Assembly: GCA_963806185.1 (NCBI GenBank)
Contig: CAWDXE010000008.1
Location: 32,001-96,000 of the forward strand
Reading direction: 5' to 3'
Length of the DNA stretch: 64,000 nt
Origin: an uncultured candidate division Zixibacteria bacterium
Lineage (GTDB): Bacteria; Zixibacteria; MSB-5A5; GN15; FEB-12
Positions 62,581-64,000 of the stretch are shown in pieces. How positions within the stretch are numbered: the first letter of the stretch is position 1; every line of letters begins with the position of its first letter. The position numbers and the translations under genes are program-made. The notes under the pieces are model-generated. The model searched no databases. It was not told the DNA's origin and saw only the letters and a list, made by a program, of their open reading frames with translations.

Positions 62581-63101
62581 ATGGCCGACCAACCCGCCGA
62601 TCAGTTCAAACCGTTCAATGTCGACTTGTGGAAGCACGACGGCCATGCCGGTGCGCTGATTCCGCTTCTGCAGTCAGCGCAGGATACCTACGGTTACGTA
62701 TCGCGAAAAGGCGATTGACTATATCAGTCACGTCACCGGCATCCCGGCCGCCGACATCTACGGCGTGGTCACCTTCTACGCCCAGTTCCGCACCAAACCG
62801 CTCGGCAAAAATGTCATCAACATCTGCAACGGCACCGCCTGTCATGTCAACGGCGCAAAGATGGTGTACGACATCATTCAGGACGAACTGGACATTACAT
62901 ACGATGAAACCAGCGATGACGGCAACTTCTCCCTGCTCTCGGTCGCCTGCATCGGCTGCTGCTCGCTGGCTCCGGTGATCACCATCAACGCGAGACGTAC
63001 GGCCGCCTCAACTCCGCCAAACTTCGCAAAGATCATTCGTGAGTTCAAGATGCGAGTCCGCAAGGCGGCCCAGAAGGAAACCGCCGGAGGTGTCCGAATG
63101 A
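62581..63101 (+). CDS. NuoE/HydC/HndA-like [2Fe-2S] subunit (several indels; end approximate)
   Basis: LIPLLQSAQDTYGYV, VTFYAQF, ICNGTACHV, VACIGCCSLAPV. Confidence 0.88.
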
Positions 63102-64000
63102 AGACAAGTCATTGTCGGTCTCGGTACCTGCGGCATTTCCGCCGGCGGCGAAAAAGTGTATCGCGCCTTTCAGGATGAATTGAAAGAGCACCCCGACGCC
63201 TTCGAGCTTCGCGAGACCGGCTGCATCGGTATGTGCTACCGCGAAGTGCTCGTCGAAATCGGCAACGGCAACGGCGCCAATAACCTGTACGCCGAGGTCA
63301 CTCCCGACCGTGTCGGGCGGATCGTCGATGAAGATATTCTCAACGACAAGCCGATCGCCGAATGGCTGGTGAATACCGACCCGCACGAAATGGGTTTCTT
63401 CGACAATCAGATCCGCATCGTTCTGCGCAACTGCGGCAAGATTGATCCCGGCTCAATCGACGAGTACATCGCTCACGGCGGCTATAGTGCGCTCTCGAAA
63501 AAGTCGCTACAGGAGATGACTCCGCAGATCGGTGATCGAACGAAGTGACTCTGTCCGGGCTGCGCGGACGCGGTGGCGCCGGATTCCCGACCGGCACCAA
63601 GTGGAAAATCACCGCCGGCGCTCCCGGACCAAAGAAATACATCGTCTGCAACGCCGACGAAGGCGATCCCGGCGCCTTCATGGATCGCTCGGTGCTCGAA
63701 AGCGATCCGCACGCCGTTCTCGAAGGGATGATCATCTGCGGCTTCGCCATCGGCGCCGACGAAGGATACATCTACTGCCGCGCCGAATATCCCAAGGCGA
63801 TCGCTCGCCTCCGCCAGGCCATCGCCCAGGCCAAGAGCAAAGGACTTCTTGGTCGAACATTCTCGGCACTGATTTCAATTTCGAGATCAAAATCAAGGAA
63901 GGTGCCGGCGCCTTCGTCTGCGGCGAAGAAACCGCTCTCATCTTCTCGATCGAAGGCAGGCGCGGCATGCCCCGCTTCCGCCCACCGTATCCCGGCGATG
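63098..64000 (+). CDS. NuoF/HydB/HndC-like FMN/NADH subunit with N-terminal [2Fe-2S] domain (indels; runs off window end)
   Basis: [59 protein letters not shown]. Confidence 0.9.

Noticed and set aside
62581..64000. Respiratory complex I nuoEF
   Set aside because: No nuoA-D upstream; the extra N-terminal ferredoxin domain and AFM motif fit HydB/HndC.

Overview
GC-rich bacterial chromosomal segment, mostly housekeeping genes on the minus strand. Gene content suggests an FCB-superphylum lineage such as Zixibacteria (inference only). In order: partial gyrB and dciA; murA; a metalloprotease/beta-propeller/Omp85 protein; pyrE-acpS; a probable 6S-like structured RNA; class II ribonucleotide reductase; an ECF sigma/anti-sigma/PspC envelope-stress cluster; holA, amidase and dgt; a T9SS-like beta-barrel/lamin-tail cluster behind rnr and a sigma54 activator; a second ECF/anti-sigma/Spy cluster; mreB; a sigma54-driven PEP-CTERM gene; a Tat-exported SOD; an oxidative pentose-phosphate operon; maeB; and the start of a HydABC/Hnd-like flavin module with a Rex-type box. 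Single-base indels break holA, the amidase, tkt and the NuoE/F-like genes and are most likely long-read assembly errors. Best leads: (1) a cassette of membrane-anchored CxxC redoxin + secreted 9-Cys miniprotein + 807-aa T9SS-like cargo, behind tandem palindromes; (2) the 182-nt rod RNA with an alternative 5'-leader pairing; (3) a recurring intergenic 25-bp T[AT]A-N4-TTG-N5-CAA-N4-TTA motif; (4) a sigma-region-4/Zn-HTH + RHH gene pair followed by a mosaic of several palindromic repeat families; (5) a 50-aa histone-like CCCH protein. No rRNA, tRNA, CRISPR array or transposase was recognised.
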